A stretch of 64,000 nucleotides of DNA from Octopus bimaculoides (GCF_001194135.2 NC_068985.1:91969420-92033419), one strand, 5' to 3'. Positions 27,195-40,725 are shown, counted from the first letter of the stretch. Made by a program: numbers and translations. Notes: a model not told the origin generated them from the sequence alone.

Positions 27195-27239
27195 GACAGA
27201 CACACAGACACAGACACACACACACATACACACACACAA

Positions 27240-27319
<80 letters not shown>

Positions 27320-27335
27320 ACACAAACACATACAT
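27195..27335. repeat. (CA)n microsatellite
   Basis: Direct reading. Similar (CA)/(GT) tracts at about 18843-18925, 29065-29150 and 62018-62102. Confidence 0.98.
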
Positions 27336-28384
27336 GTATATATAATTGGAATTAATGAAATAGCAAGAGAAGAGAAATTATAAAATCAACTTCATTAGCT
27401 TACACCTGTTTCTGCTGCGAGATGCAGCGCACTTAATGATAAATGCTTCACCGAATAGCATATGGCAAGCTATAAGGTAATGCACAAGCATACAGCTCAG
27501 AGTAGTCTGCTTTCTATGGCAGAGACAGCTTTAATATAATAAGCTGATTACGTAATTCTTGTTCCCTTGTCAATTTGTTGATTTCATATTACGTTTTATT
27601 TTATGTGCACCTAACAAGTGTTTTATAAAACATATCAGGAATTGCGCCAGATGGAAGTAATTCCTTACTTTGAAGAAAAGTTCCAATCTTTGCAGTGAGG
27701 ATTTTGATAAACTTTTACAAGTCACGTGACCACAGACGTGGACTTGTCTGTGTATTTAAGAAGCTCGCTCTACACTCCTGCGATTTGTGGTTTGGTCCGT
27801 CTGAGTGATGTCTTGAACAAGTGCCTTCTATTAACACGTGGGTTGATCAATACTTTGTGAGTGTTCGTAAGCGAAAACAGTGTAGAATCCCGTCGTATAT
27901 ATATATATATATNNNNNNNNNNNNNNNNNNNNNNNNNNNNNNNNNNNNNNNNNNNNNNNNNNNNNNNNNNNNNNNNNNNNNNNNNNNNNNNNNNNNNNNN
28001 NNNNNNNNNNNNNNNNNNNNNNNNNNNNNNNNNNNNNNNNNNNNNNNNNNNNNNNNNNNNNNNNNNNNNNNNNNNNNNNNNNNNNNNNNNNNNNNNNNNN
28101 NNNNNNNNNNNNNNNNNNNNNNNNNNNNNNNNNNNNNNNNNNNNNNNNNNNNNNNNNNNNNNNNNNNNNNNNNNNNNNNNNNNNNNNNNNNNNNNNNNNN
28201 NNNNNNNNNNNNNNNNNNNNNNNNNNNNNNNNNNNNNNNNNNNNNNNNNNNNNNNNNNNNNNNNNNNNNNNNNNNNNNNNNNNNNNNNNNNNNNNNNNNN
28301 NNNNNNNNNNNNNNNNNNNNNNNNNNNNNNNNNNNNNNNNNNNNNNNNNNNNNNNNTTTAGGGTCTAATATCGAATATTGGCTT

Positions 28385-28810
28385 CGAATTTTTCACAGAA
28401 AGCCAGCGGTTTTTGAGGGGAAGGGCTATGTCAATTACATCCACCCCAGTGTTCGATTGCTACTTATTTTATCGACCCTGAAGTGATGAAAGACGAAGTT
28501 GACGTCAGTGGTATTTCAACTCAACGTAAAATCGAATGAAATGGCGCAAAACATTTTTTCCGGCGTGCTATCGATTTGGCCAGTTCTCCACTTTAGGCTT
28601 GTCGATCACAATGGTTTCAAAGTTTGACACAAGGCCAGAAATTTCTTGGAAGGAGTAAGTCTTTTACATCGACTCCAGTACTCAACTGGTACTTATTTTA
28701 TCGACGTCAGATTCAACCACGGTGGCATTTGAACCCGGAATGTAAAAACAAACGCAATACCGCTAAGTAATTTCTCCTGTGGTCTAACGATTCTGTCAGC
28801 ACACCGCCTT
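28385..28810 (-). mobile_element. Two adjacent diverged family 1 SINEs
   Basis: Two reverse-complement matches to core and head, about 28385-28590 and 28620-28810. Confidence 0.7.
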
Positions 28811-28898
28811 AGTTTGGCATCTAATATTATTAGCATCTTTACCTTGGATATGTTTCGGTGCTGCTGGATAAGAGTAAGCTTTCATTTCTCCACCAAAG

Positions 28899-28940
28899 AA
28901 TATTTTCTCGATTTGTGTTCACCGAAGCCATGCTTGCATT
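28899..28940 (+). CDS. Possible 42-nt exon (frame undetermined)
   Basis: Acceptor ctttcatttctccaccaaag, donor ATT|gtaagt. All three frames are open. Confidence 0.25.
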
Positions 28941-29059
28941 GTAAGTGATATGTTTCTGACGTGTGTATGGCACCTGAATGCCGTAGGTTAAGGAGTATAA
29001 TGAAAAGTAGTATCGTGTATCTGTGTGGTGAGGTGTGTGTGTGTGGGTGGGGGTGGGGG

Positions 29060-29136
<77 letters not shown>

Positions 29137-29714
29137 TGTGTATGTATGTGTGTGCTTAGAAGCATGATCAATCAGATATTTAATATCCAGAAAAAGTGAT
29201 GAAAACGATATTAAAAATTGAGGTACACCTGAGCTGATAGAATATGCGCCAGGAATTCCTCAGTGCAAACTGCAATGATATGGTTTAAATGAAATTTCTT
29301 ATCCAAGACATGAAATATAGATAGGTGTCAAAAGCTGGTGATTTGTATCGGAGGATCTTTGAGTGGTATGCTTTGATTATGTCAAGATCAAGAACATAAG
29401 TGTCGCTAAAGTTTTCAATGTTGTATCACTACTGATGTTGCTTGACATAGAAAAAACACGGTTCCAGGTGACCTGTTATTCGGAACACATTGTAAGGTTG
29501 GAGTAAAGATTGTTTGCCAACATAACATGGTTCTTTAGATTATTGGTACTGCTCATTTTTGCCAACTGGATGGATTGATGAAACGTGAAATAAATTGTCT
29601 TGCTGAAGGATGAAACGCACTGCCAGGAATCGAACTCACGACCTTCGAATGCCTCTAACCACTAAGCCACGAGCCTTCACTTTAAGGCTACAGAGTTAAT
29701 ATTCTCTGCATGTA

Positions 29715-30146
29715 AGGCGGCGAGCTGGCAGAATCGTTAGCACGCCAGGAGAAATGCTCAGCGGTATTTCATCTGCCGTTACGTACTGAGTTCAAATTCC
29801 GCCGAGGTCTACTTTGCCTTTCATCCTTTCAGGGTCGATTTAATAAGTACCAGTTACGCACTGGAGTCGATGTAATTGACTTAATCCCTTTGTCTATCCT
29901 TGTTTGTCTCCTCTATGCTTAGCCCCTTGTGGGTAATAAAGAAATAAGAAACGTTAGCAAACCGGGCGAAATGCTTAGTGGTATTTCGTTTGTCTTTACG
30001 TTCTGACATCAAATTCCGCCGAGGTTGGCTTTGCCTTTCATCTTTTCGGGTCGATAAAATTAGTACCAGTTGAGTACTGAAGTCGATCTAATCGACTGCC
30101 CCCCACTCCCCAAAAGATTTCGAGTCTTGTGCCTAGAGTAGAAAAG
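29715..30146 (+). mobile_element. Dimeric tRNA-derived SINE (family 1) with 17-bp TSD
   Basis: Head AGGCGGCGAGCTGGCAGAATCGTTAG and B-box GTTCAAATTCC. The core CCTTTCATCCTTTC..GGTCGAT..AAGTACCAG occurs twice. AATATTCTCTGCATGTA lies at both 29698-29714 and 30147-30163. Confidence 0.9.
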
Positions 30147-30705
30147 AATATTCTCTGCATGTAGAAGAAGAGAGTGTGAGGAGCCTATAAATTAAGCGAG
30201 TCTATGTTTAGCAGGAGACGACCGAGCTGCAAACAAGACAGAATTTCAGTAAATCAAAATACTAAGAATGGAAATTAATTGTTAGTTAATATATTCAACA
30301 CATGCTTTAATTAATAAGTTATTTTAGGAACATAAAACGCGAAACGATAAATCTCTATGAGAGAGTGGGGAAGAAAGAGCGTGAGTGAAGAGAGAGAGAA
30401 TGTGTGTGTATTAAAGAGAAAGAGAGTGAGAACAGAAATATAAAATGAATAGAACGGTGTAAATTGAAAATGGGGAAAACGATAACTGCAACAACCGCAG
30501 TAGTCACGTGCTTCCGTTATCTGGCTTTCTTTTGTTTGTGGACCCAGCTGGAGCTCCACATTTGTTCTTCAGGCTTTCGTCATACAACACCTACACGGAA
30601 AGAGACGTTATTAATAATATTGTTAGTTTGGCTTCATTACGTCTGTTTGTGTTCGTTAGACGTGTGTAGGAGATATATCCTTCTTGGGAGGATGTAGTAA
30701 AGCAA

Positions 30706-31030
30706 TGGTGGCGTGGTTTAGTGGGTTGTGGTATTCGGTTCACGATAGTGAGGCCGTAGGTTCGACTCCTGTCGGTGCATTCTACTCCTTCAGCAAGACA
30801 CTTTATTTCACATTGCCTCGATCATACAGCTGCCAAAAATGCGAAGTACTTGTATTTCAAACGGACAGCCTCGCAAAATTCTGTGTTATGCTGAACCCAC
30901 CTGACAACTACGTTAGGCGTACGCATGTGTGTGGAGTTTTCAACCACATGCACGTTAATTTCACAAGCTGGCTGTACCGCTGATCAAATCAACTGGAACG
31001 CTCATCGTCGTAAGAGATGGAGAACCAGTT
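30706..31030 (+). mobile_element. Diverged tRNA-headed SINE sharing the family 3 3' region
   Basis: GGTTCGACTCC B-box; 3' similarity to 39690-39815. Confidence 0.7.
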
Positions 31031-32454
31031 AAAACAAAAAAAATAATAATACTAATGCTCTTGGAGGAAAAAACTTTATTGATGGAAGTTTGTAGCAGGG
31101 ATAACCGTGTTATTTGCCTGATAGAATTATGTTTCATTTTACGGAATTTGTTTCATGGCATAAGTTGATGTCAAAACGGTAGTTTCCATCAAAACTATTC
31201 CATCCTTGATCATCATGTCTTTTTCTTAGACATAGTATATCTAGAACTACATCATCTAATGTGCGCTTCCTTTCCTCTAGACAGTAAGTTGTGAAATGAG
31301 GGCTATTTAGCTGTTATTCATTGGAGAACACGTGATTGCGTATTGGCTCCCCCTAACTATATGAGGTTATCTGTATTAGGTTCAAGATGATTTGTTTTCT
31401 TTGCTAAAATTATTGTCTTGTATGATTGTTTTACATAAGTTGCATGCAATATTTTTGGATAACCTAAGGCGATGCCACATTTCGTCCGTTTTTACTTTCT
31501 GGTTTCATATTCTGCTGAGGTCGACATTGCTTTTCAACTTTTGAGGTCGAATTAAGAAGTACCAGTTGAGTACTGAGGTCGGTTTAATCGTCTTACCATA
31601 TTCCCGGAACTTGTTGGCATCGTAACAACATTTCAAACCAATATTTTAATTGTTCAGACACCCCCTCCCCTCCACGGATTTGTGCATTGCAGCACGGGAA
31701 AGAAAGAAATATAAAAAGCCTGGGTTATAATCATCTCTTTCTGACCTGCTAATCGATTATCTAACAAAATCAATCACTTATTGTCAACATGTTGGCGTAC
31801 GGCCGAATACCATTGAAAATTCTGGTTGAATTTCAACTTATGATGATTTATTTCTGCTGGAAGAATTTCAGAAAGATTACCTCCTTTTGAAACCAAATAG
31901 TGATAGCAGAACATTAGTTCGAGCTCTGCAGAAACTGGTTTTGTTTCTCACCATTTCGATTTTAATAGACTATCGATAATATATTGGGGAACTGAGTTGA
32001 AGAGAGTCTTGCTTCTGTGAATATTGATTTCTGACAGAGAGACAATGCCTCACATTTGAAGGGTGAATGTAGTCGATTGAGTCTACGTCAGCATTTGACG
32101 AGTACTAGTCCCGTTTATCAAAGCTGGATTTATGAAAGTTGGCGTCAACAGCATTAGAATTCAGAATGTGGATTAGAATCAAATGGTAAAAAATACCACA
32201 AGGTATATTGTCGGACTTATTAATGCTTTGCCATTCTACCGCTCTCTTCAAGATATCAACTGCATTTGTCATCAAGATAGAATTGATACTAAGCTGGAAG
32301 AAATAAATATTAAGGAGAAATGCACCTTTGAATATTGTCTACATAAATTCAATTCCTCATTGGAAACAGTATCGGGAATTTTTTCTCATTCTCTGAATTC
32401 TAAATGAACTGAAGTTGTTCTGCTGTAAGTCCTGGCAGAACATATCGTAGCGAC

Positions 32455-32645
32455 TCTAAGGCAGCGAGATGGCAGAATCGTCTTCAGATCGCCCAGCGTT
32501 TCTTCTGACTCATTATGTTCTCAGTTCGACGTTGCCTGGCACTCTTTAGTGTTCGATAAAGTAAGTACTAGTTGAGCACTGACGTCAAAGTTATCGATAA
32601 TCCCTCTACTCCTAAAAAAGTTGCTGGCCTCGTGCCAAAAATCTG
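32455..32645 (+). mobile_element. Family 1 SINE, diverged
   Basis: AAGGCAGCGAGATGGCAGAATCG head and GTCGATAAA.TAAGTAC-like core. Confidence 0.65.
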
Positions 32646-34724
32646 AAAACACTTTACTTGACTTGGCTGGTCGATTAAAATTTGGAAGTATGACTGCGAA
32701 TGTTACTAGTGATTGACTTGTACCATCAAGAAGCAGAAATATACACTGTAAAAATCTTTAATCCGAAGAAACCGGAGAAGAGAGTGAGGAAGAAAGAAAA
32801 AAACAAGAAAAACAGAAAAAAAGAAGGAATGAACGAAGGAATGAAAATGCAGACAAACAAAAACAGAGAAATCAAAAGAGATATGAAGTAAAAAGCTTCT
32901 GTTTACTACGTTTGGTGTTACATAAATCAGATTTTAGAAAAAAGAACCGTCTTAGGTTTAGTGGAAACAGAGTTGTGTGGTGAGTATTCCTTTATTGATC
33001 CCAACGGTTCCTCGTATTTAAATAAATTAGCATAATAACTTCTATCTTATCTTAGAGAAAAGTTTGCCTATAGATGTGATGCTGTGTACGTTACATCTTT
33101 CTTAAGGACATCAGTAAAAATAATAACGAGAGTAGTGACAGTATTTGGAAAATGAAATTACTATCTGCATTTCAAATCAAACTAATTTACTTTCCATCTT
33201 TGTAGTTTTTTTACATATTTCTAGTAGCTGTTCTTTTTTCTACGGAGACACAATATGTCACCCTGTTTAAGATCGTAGACTGATGTTTGATTGCCTTTTA
33301 GCGGAGTTAACACTTTGGGAAGCTTTCGTGTCATGTGACCAGTTTGAGGAAAACATTCCTCTACCGCATGGCACCCTTTCTCTTCTAAGTTACTAAAAAG
33401 TCGAGTACTGCTCCTCTCTTTAGCTAGAGGATGGGAAAACGGGCATATCCCGATGTTCCTACGATTGGAAACAGATGAGAAATCAATTTACAGCTATTAT
33501 TATACTGATTTTCTCAAGACTGCTAAACTTTACACAGCATTCTTTTTTTTTACCTCCGGTATGTTCTTTTACACCCGGGGTAAAAAATAAATGACGCAAA
33601 GGATTAAGAAGTGCTGCTTACATTTTAAAGATTTTGACCTTGTAATGATACTTAAATAGCTTCAACCGGGAATTGAAACTGTTCTGTTTTTTACGCTTTA
33701 ACAGAATCTTTTAGCAACGAATCCTCAATTTAGTACAAAACCACAAACGTATTGGGTAAGTTGGGTAGGAACAAATGAAACATGGAAAGGAATCGATAGA
33801 TGACTGGAATCTATTCTAGCGACTACAGGATGGCAACTGGTAAAGTCGACTCTCACTGGACTTGAACCACGATTGCAAAAGACCATAACTGAACACTGCA
33901 TGAGAGTATTTAATCACCATGCTCTACTGATTATGCTCTCACACACTGAATTGAGAAAATATTACGATGAAAATCTCTCAAATATTAGAAACAAAAAAAA
34001 TGCAGATGTAAGTAAACGCAAAACGAAAATGGGTTTGTTATTAAGTAGCTTAGTAAATAATTTAATTCTATGGTCTGGTGAATTGGTGAATAATATAACG
34101 GAGATTTCAGAACAAAATACGACAGGGAATAGTGTTACTAACAATAATACTAGAGCGGCGAAAAGTTGTACTACGATAATGTATATTGACTCTACACAAG
34201 GTCATGTTTGTTGTCATTGAGACTGGATACAGTCGAATGAATCCTGCTAATATATTACTGTCATTTATATTATTCGTTACACTACGATGAAACGTTTGAC
34301 AGCTCTCACTTGCAAAGGCTTCTGTATATTCGAACGGCAAAAATATGTTTCATTTTGATTTTCTCTGTTTTATTCTATGAGGTTCTAACATCAGATGAAA
34401 CAACGCCTGGATGAGAATTAACAGACGTTTTAGACGTGAATGTGAAATATGCGAATCCAAAGGCCCTGCCTAGGTGACACAACAATGTCAGTAGTAAATC
34501 ATATTTTATCCATCGACAAATTCTGTTCGACCAAATCGACCGACCTCAGCAACACAGAAATGCGCTGATCTATTCACTCACTCGCAACTTAAACACAGGA
34601 TATACAAAAATTTACGAAGCTCTTCGTTCTATCTGTTGTTGTTGATGGTAATTCTGTTGATAAGGTTGTTGTTGGTGTTGTTGTTGTTATAGCTGAAGCA
34701 ATTTTTCTTTGCTTTTCTTTTTCC

Positions 34725-35111
34725 TTTTTTATACTTCTACTTGTTTCAGTCATTTGACTGCGGCCATGCTGGGGCACCGCTTTTAGTCGAGCAAATCGAC
34801 CCCAGGACTTTATCTTTGTACGCCTAGTACTTATTCTATCGCTCTTTTTTGCCGAACCGCTAGGTTACGGGGACTTAAACACACCAGCATCGGTTGTCAA
34901 GCTATGTTGGGGGGGGGGGGCAAACACATACACACATATATACAACGGGCTTTTTTTCGGTTTCCGTCTACCAAATCCACTCAGAAGATTTTATTTGGCC
35001 CGAGGCTATGGGTAGAAGACACTTGCCCAAGGTGCCACGCAGTGGGACTGAACCCGAAACCATGTGGTTGGTAAGTAAGCTAGCTACTCACCACACAGCC
35101 ACTCCTGCGCC
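34725..35111 (-). mobile_element. tRNA-derived SINE family 2, near full length, with internal microsatellite
   Basis: Minus-strand head GCGCAGGAGTGGCTGTGTGG...GGTTCAGTCCCACTGCGTGGCACCTTGGGC and tail CCAGCATGGCCGCAGTCAAATGACTGAAAC. Other copies in the window align. Confidence 0.85.
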
Positions 35112-35409
35112 TCACTGGCACAACACCAGCAAGTTTGAGGTGAGGGGTCAGTCGAATACATTAACCTCAGCGCTCAGTTGACCTCGAAGGGAGGATAGAC
35201 AAAGTTGATCTCGACGGAATTTCAACTCAGAATGTGAAGAGCTGAATGAAATGCTGAAATGCTTTTAATCCGGCACAGTAATGATTCTGTTAAAGCGCAG
35301 CTTTTGTTGATGTTACTGTTCTTGCAGTCAGGACAGCCATAAAGAAGCAGAACTATGATTAAGGACATTCTAGTTGTGGCCATCCCTTATGAATATATAT
35401 GTCTAACAA

Positions 35410-35842
35410 TGCGGCGAGCTGGCAGAATCTTTAGCACGCCGGCGAAATGTTTAACGGCATTTCGTGTGTCTACGTTCTGAATTCAAATTTCGCCGAGGTC
35501 CATTTAACCTTTCATCCTTTCGGGGTCGAAGAATTAAGCACGTGGCTAAAAATGCCTAGTAACATCTGTTTACAGTTCAAATGCCACCGAGGTCAGCGTT
35601 GCCTTTCATCATTTTGGGGTCGATAAAATAAGTACTAGTTGAGCAATGCCGCCGATGTAATCGCCATACGCACTCACCCGAAATTACTGGCTTGGTGCCA
35701 AAATTTGAAGCAAGTATTTAACATGCAATAGCGTTGGGGCGCTGGTAGAGTTCTTAGCACACCGGATAAAGTGTTTGGCGTCATTTCTTCCGTCTTTACA
35801 TTTTGAGTTCAAATTTTGCCAAGATTGACTTGGTCTTTCATC
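35410..35842 (+). mobile_element. Chain of family 1 SINE fragments running into a gap
   Basis: Three successive head or core segments. Confidence 0.75.
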
Positions 35843-36570
35843 NNNNNNNNNNNNNNNNNNNNNNNNNNNNNNNNNNNNNNNNNNNNNNNNNNNNNNNNNN
35901 NNNNNNNNNNNNNNNNNNNNNNNNNNNNNNNNNNNNNNNNNNNNNNNNNNNNNNNNNNNNNNNNNNNNNNNNNNNNNNNNNNNNNNNNNNNNNNNNNNNN
36001 NNNNNNNNNNNNNNNNNNNNNNNNNNNNNNNNNNNNNNNNNNNNNNNNNNNNNNNNNNNNNNNNNNNNNNNNNNNNNNNNNNNNNNNNNNNNNNNNNNNN
36101 NNNNNNNNNNNNNNNNNNNNNNNNNNNNNNNNNNNNNNNNNNNNNNNNNNNNNNNNNNNNNNNNNNNNNNNNNNNNNNNNNNNNNNNNNNNNNNNNNNNN
36201 NNNNNNNNNNNNNNNNNNNNNNNNNNNNNNNNNNNNNNNNNNNNNNNNNNNNNNNNNNNNNNNNNNNNNNNNNNNNNNNNNNNNNNNNNNNNNNNNNNNN
36301 NNNNNNNNNNNNNNNNNNNNNNNNNNNNNNNNNNNNNNNNNNNNNNNNNNNNNNNNNNNNNNNNNNNNNNNNNNNNNNNNNNNNNNNNNNNNNNNNNNNN
36401 NNNNNNNNNNNNNNNNNNNNNNNNNNNNNNNNNNNNNNNNNNNNNNNNNNNNNNNNNNNNNNNNNNNNNNNNNNNNNNNNNNNNNNNNNNNNNNNNNNNN
36501 NNNNNNNNNNNNNNNNNNNNNNNNNNNNNNNNNNNNNNNNNNNNNNNNNNNNNNNNNNNNNNNNNNNNNN

Positions 36571-36602
<32 letters not shown>

Positions 36603-36614
36603 AAACGATAATTC

Positions 36615-37400
36615 CTTCAGGTTAAACTCTCATTGCATCCAACTACATCAGAGACTTTGGAGTAATTGTGGACAACAACGTAAGCTGGGCCGCTCATATA
36701 AACAGCTAAGATGACATGGCTCGCAGAATATGGTCCTGAATTCGCAGAACTTTCCACTAAAGAGATATCCACATCATTACCCTTCCCTTCTCTACTTTTG
36801 CCCGACCCCACCTTGAATACTGTTGCCCACTGTGGTCTCCACACATGAAACAAAGTATCACGAAAATTGAAGCACCTCAAAGGTCAATCACAAAAAAGAT
36901 AGATGACATGGCAGGCCATGACTATTGAGGTCGACGAGAAAAGCTTAAGCTTTATTCTCTCCTATGCTGCTGTGGGCGCTACATCATCTGCATGATGTGG
37001 AAAATATTCCATCAGCATTACCCAAATTATGTTGGCATCGCCTTTAAGATACACCCAAGACTTGGTCCCCATGCTATCCGCCCACAATAAAAATCGCACT
37101 CGCATCTCATTAAAACAACACGGCACAATAATTTCACCTCAATTGGTCCCACTCTCTTTAACATTACACCAAAACACATTAAAGTAGAAAAAGACCTCAT
37201 AAAGTTCAAGAAATCATTGGACAAATTCCTTCATAAAATCCTGGATGAACTTCCTACACCCGGATATGTTTCCGTAAAGAACAACTCTCTCCTTGAGTGG
37301 GCCATGTTGTCAGATTCCTGATTTGAAAGACTTTACCAGGAGGTGCTATTAAGTTAGACATAGCCTGGGTCAATACTGGCCCAAAGCCTATCAAAGTATC
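36615..37400 (+). mobile_element. CR1/L2-group LINE 3' fragment (pseudogene)
   Basis: RDFGVIVDNNVSWAAHI, RPHLEYCCPLWSPH, KIEAPQRSITKKI, LFNITPK and FKKSLDKFL..P.PGY are typical of the CR1/L2 ORF2 end. Several stops. Confidence 0.9.
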
Positions 37401-37510
37401 AAATTATAATAACTATAATTATATATTTACTATGATAATAATATATGCTCCATTTAAAGCGACTAAACTAAAACACTGTTCTCCGTAATTTACCGCCTTC
37501 GGGTTTGTTT

Positions 37511-37555
<45 letters not shown>

Positions 37556-37636
37556 CATACATACATACATACATACATACATACATACATACATACATAC
37601 ATACATACATACATACATACATACGTACGTACGTAC

Positions 37637-37915
37637 CCTGAACTATTGAGAACTGCGGTTACTCTATCCAGATTACAAGTTCAGGTTTACACTTGCAATT
37701 AGATGGGGCCTTGGGATATGTAACACTACCTAAATACCAATCTTGAGAAACTAGGCTTCTCAAAACCAGAAAAGGAAAAACTGATTCGAAGACTACAGAT
37801 CCATTCAATCCCTGGAACTATAAAAGTCTGTAAAACTTTCAGGAAGTTTAGCATTTAAGTATATATGAGCATGTATAACATGCATACATACAAACATACA
37901 TACATACATGCATAC

Positions 37916-37946
<31 letters not shown>

Positions 37947-38080
37947 CATACATACAAAAATACCCTATTGTTGATGTTGAAATTCCAATGAAGGAGCCTT
38001 GGATGTAGGTTAAAACTGGCTCTTTCTCTATTGGCAAGAAATCTTCAAATAAACTGAATAATGACATACATACATACGTA
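37637..38080 (+). mobile_element. 5'-truncated RLE-type LINE 3' end in a (CATA)n context
   Basis: LNTNLEKLGFSKPEKEKLIRRLQIHSIPGTIKVCKTFRKFSI* (stop 37856-37858), then a 3' UTR ending GACATACATACATAC. (CATA)n lies immediately 5'. Confidence 0.75.
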
Positions 38081-38679
38081 AATAATGATTGTTTCATCTT
38101 GGCAGACGATAGCTGTCTCATGAACACACACACCACACCCCATCTCTCAGCACAAACACTTTGTTGATGGATCCTCAGATAAGATTTACAACCAGCTGCT
38201 GACTGACAGGTTTTAAAACACAAGTAATGACTGAAACAAGTAATAGAATAAAAGAATATATTCATATTTTGAGTTCCATTCTTCCTGTTTTCATCACCAT
38301 ACCTGTATGTATGTGTGAGTGTGTGCGTTTGTGTTTGTGTGTGGTGTGTATGTAAATCAAAGGTAAAATACACAAGAAAGGGGAATCGTGAAAACATAAC
38401 AATCAGGAGAAGAACGATAGCACAACAGCGGCAGACAGAAACAAAAACAAGATACACGGATCATTCGCAGTCAATTGTTTCTTCAGTCGGAGTCTGGAAT
38501 GTTCACGTATTTTCCTCAAAACCTCTCCGATACTACTCGAAACCAGTTGGGCCAAGGGCTTAAGCTGAAGGCATTAAACACCTGAGCAAAGCAAACGAAT
38601 GTACATACACAAACACAAGGGCATAACAAACACAAAGGGTCTTTCGGCTATCGGACGAACGTAACATAAGAAATAGATG

Positions 38680-38721
<42 letters not shown>

Positions 38722-39462
38722 CTGTTCAATTAAAACCCCTTTGTTGTCAATTGTTTATTAATACATCAGCTTTATCTTACAAACTGCTTTCAATTGTAAC
38801 TTCGGTAGCTGTTAACCGATTTAGACGAGGTAAATTGGTTACCGATGCGCCATATTTAACGCTCAGCGATATAAACTATTAAGGCCCGACTAGTAATAAA
38901 TAAAGTGCATTTTTGTACTACGGGAAAACAGAATGATATAACTTCGATGAATACCGCATACCAATTATTTTAACCGATAACTGTCGTCATAACTCAATAC
39001 CGTTCCATTCCTGAATTACTGAATAGTATATCACATTAATAACTGTTTCAACAAAAATAATGTCACAAATTAATATCATTGGATTAAACTTCACATACTT
39101 TGTTATTGAAAACGCAAAAATATCGTTTTTTAGTGAGATATAATGCGAAATGTAATAAGTGCAAAGTTGGCAAAATTTTAAGTCTATAGAAAACAAAAAA
39201 AAAATTAAAATGTTATAGAGAGGAGATACTTTGATAATGGTAATGTAGTCATAATTATGTTGCTTTTATTGAATTAAGATGCATCGATATCAGTCGAATA
39301 TAAATGCAAATTAAAAATTTCAGAATGGCAATATAAGAGGAATAATCAATGAGCAACACAAGACGATGTGAAAACAGGAAGAACACCCTTCTGTTCTCTG
39401 AAATTGATTGATCAATCGTAGTAAATTGTCAGTTTCCAGGCCCTTTTTATTCACTCTGTCGT

Positions 39463-39825
39463 GGAGGTGCAATGGCTCAGTGGTTAGGGCAGCGGACTCG
39501 CGGTTGTAGGATCGCGGTTTCCAGTCCCAAACCGGGCGTTGTGAGGGTTTATTGCACGAAGACACCCCAAACTCCACGAGTCTCTGGCAGGGAGTGGTCG
39601 AGAACCATGCTGTACTCTTTCCTCACAACTTTCTCTCGCTCTTTCTTCCTGTTTCTGTTGTACCTGTATTTCAAAGGGCCAGCCTTGCCACACTCTGTGT
39701 CACGCTGAATCTCCCCGAGAACTACGTTACTGGTATATGTGTCTGTGGAGTGCTCAGCCACTTGCACGTTAATTTCACGAGCAGGCTGTTCCGTTGATCA
39801 GATCAGCTGGAACTGACGGAGTACC
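39463..39825 (+). mobile_element. tRNA-derived SINE family 3
   Basis: A-box TGGCTCAGTGG and a degenerate B-box. The 3' part (CTACGTT...CACGTTAATTTCAC.AGC.GGCTGT..CG.TGATC) matches 30890-31000. Confidence 0.8.
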
Positions 39826-40694
39826 ACCCCTTTATTCACCCTGTATTTCATGCCAACCGAATGGGAAACCAAACGACGATATTGGTACATCATATCAGAC
39901 ACACGCACACACATTTGTGAGAGTGTGTGTGTGTTTATATATGAATGTGTGTCTGTGTGTGTATATGAGANNNNNNNNNNNNNNNNNNNNNNNNNNNNNN
40001 NNNNNNNNNNNNNNNNNNNNNNNNNNNNNNNNNNNNNNNNNNNNNNNNNNNNNNNNNNNNNNNNNNNNNNNNNNNNNNNNNNNNNNNNNNNNNNNNNNNN
40101 NNNNNNNNNNNNNNNNNNNNNNNNNNNNNNNNNNNNNNNNNNNNNNNNNNNNNNNNNNNNNNNNNNNNNNNNNNNNNNNNNNNNNNNNNNNNNNNNNNNN
40201 NNNNNNNNNNNNNNNNNNNNNNNNNNNNNNNNNNNNNNNNNNNNNNNNNNNNNNNNNNNNNNNNNNNNNNNNNNNNNNNNNNNNNNNNNNNNNNNNNNNN
40301 NNNNNNNNNNNNNNNNNNNNNNNNNNNNNNNNNNNNNNNNNNNNNNNNNNNNNNNNNNNNNNNNNNNNNNNNNNNNNNNNNNNNNNNNNNNNNNNNNNNN
40401 NNNNNNNNNNNNNNNNNNNNNNNNNNNNNNNNNNNNNNNNNNNNNNNNNNNNNNNNNNNNNNNNNNNNNNNNNNNNNNNNNNNNNNNNNNNNNNNNNNNN
40501 NNNNNNNNNNNNNNNNNNNNNNNNNNNNNNNNNNNNNNNNNNNNNNNNNNNNNNNNNNNNNNNNNNNNNNNNNNNNNNNNNNNNNNNNNNNNNNNNNNNN
40601 NNNNNNNNNNNNNNNNNNNNNNNNNNNNNNNNNNNTATAATATGGATGTTGTTTAATATGTATGTATGTTGATAGATAAATGCATATGTATGTA

Positions 40695-40725
<31 letters not shown>

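Noticed and set aside
27400-27470. Ankyrin-like SALHLAAETG on the minus strand
   Set aside because: Isolated 10-mer without the preceding ankyrin turn motif or any neighbouring repeat.
27721-27730. GTCACGTGAC (CLEAR/USF-type palindrome)
   Set aside because: A single 10-mer with no supporting promoter context.
28899-28940. EGF-like reading DLCSPKPCLH
   Set aside because: The exon would stop mid-domain, the next codon cannot be the expected Gly, and no continuing exon was found.
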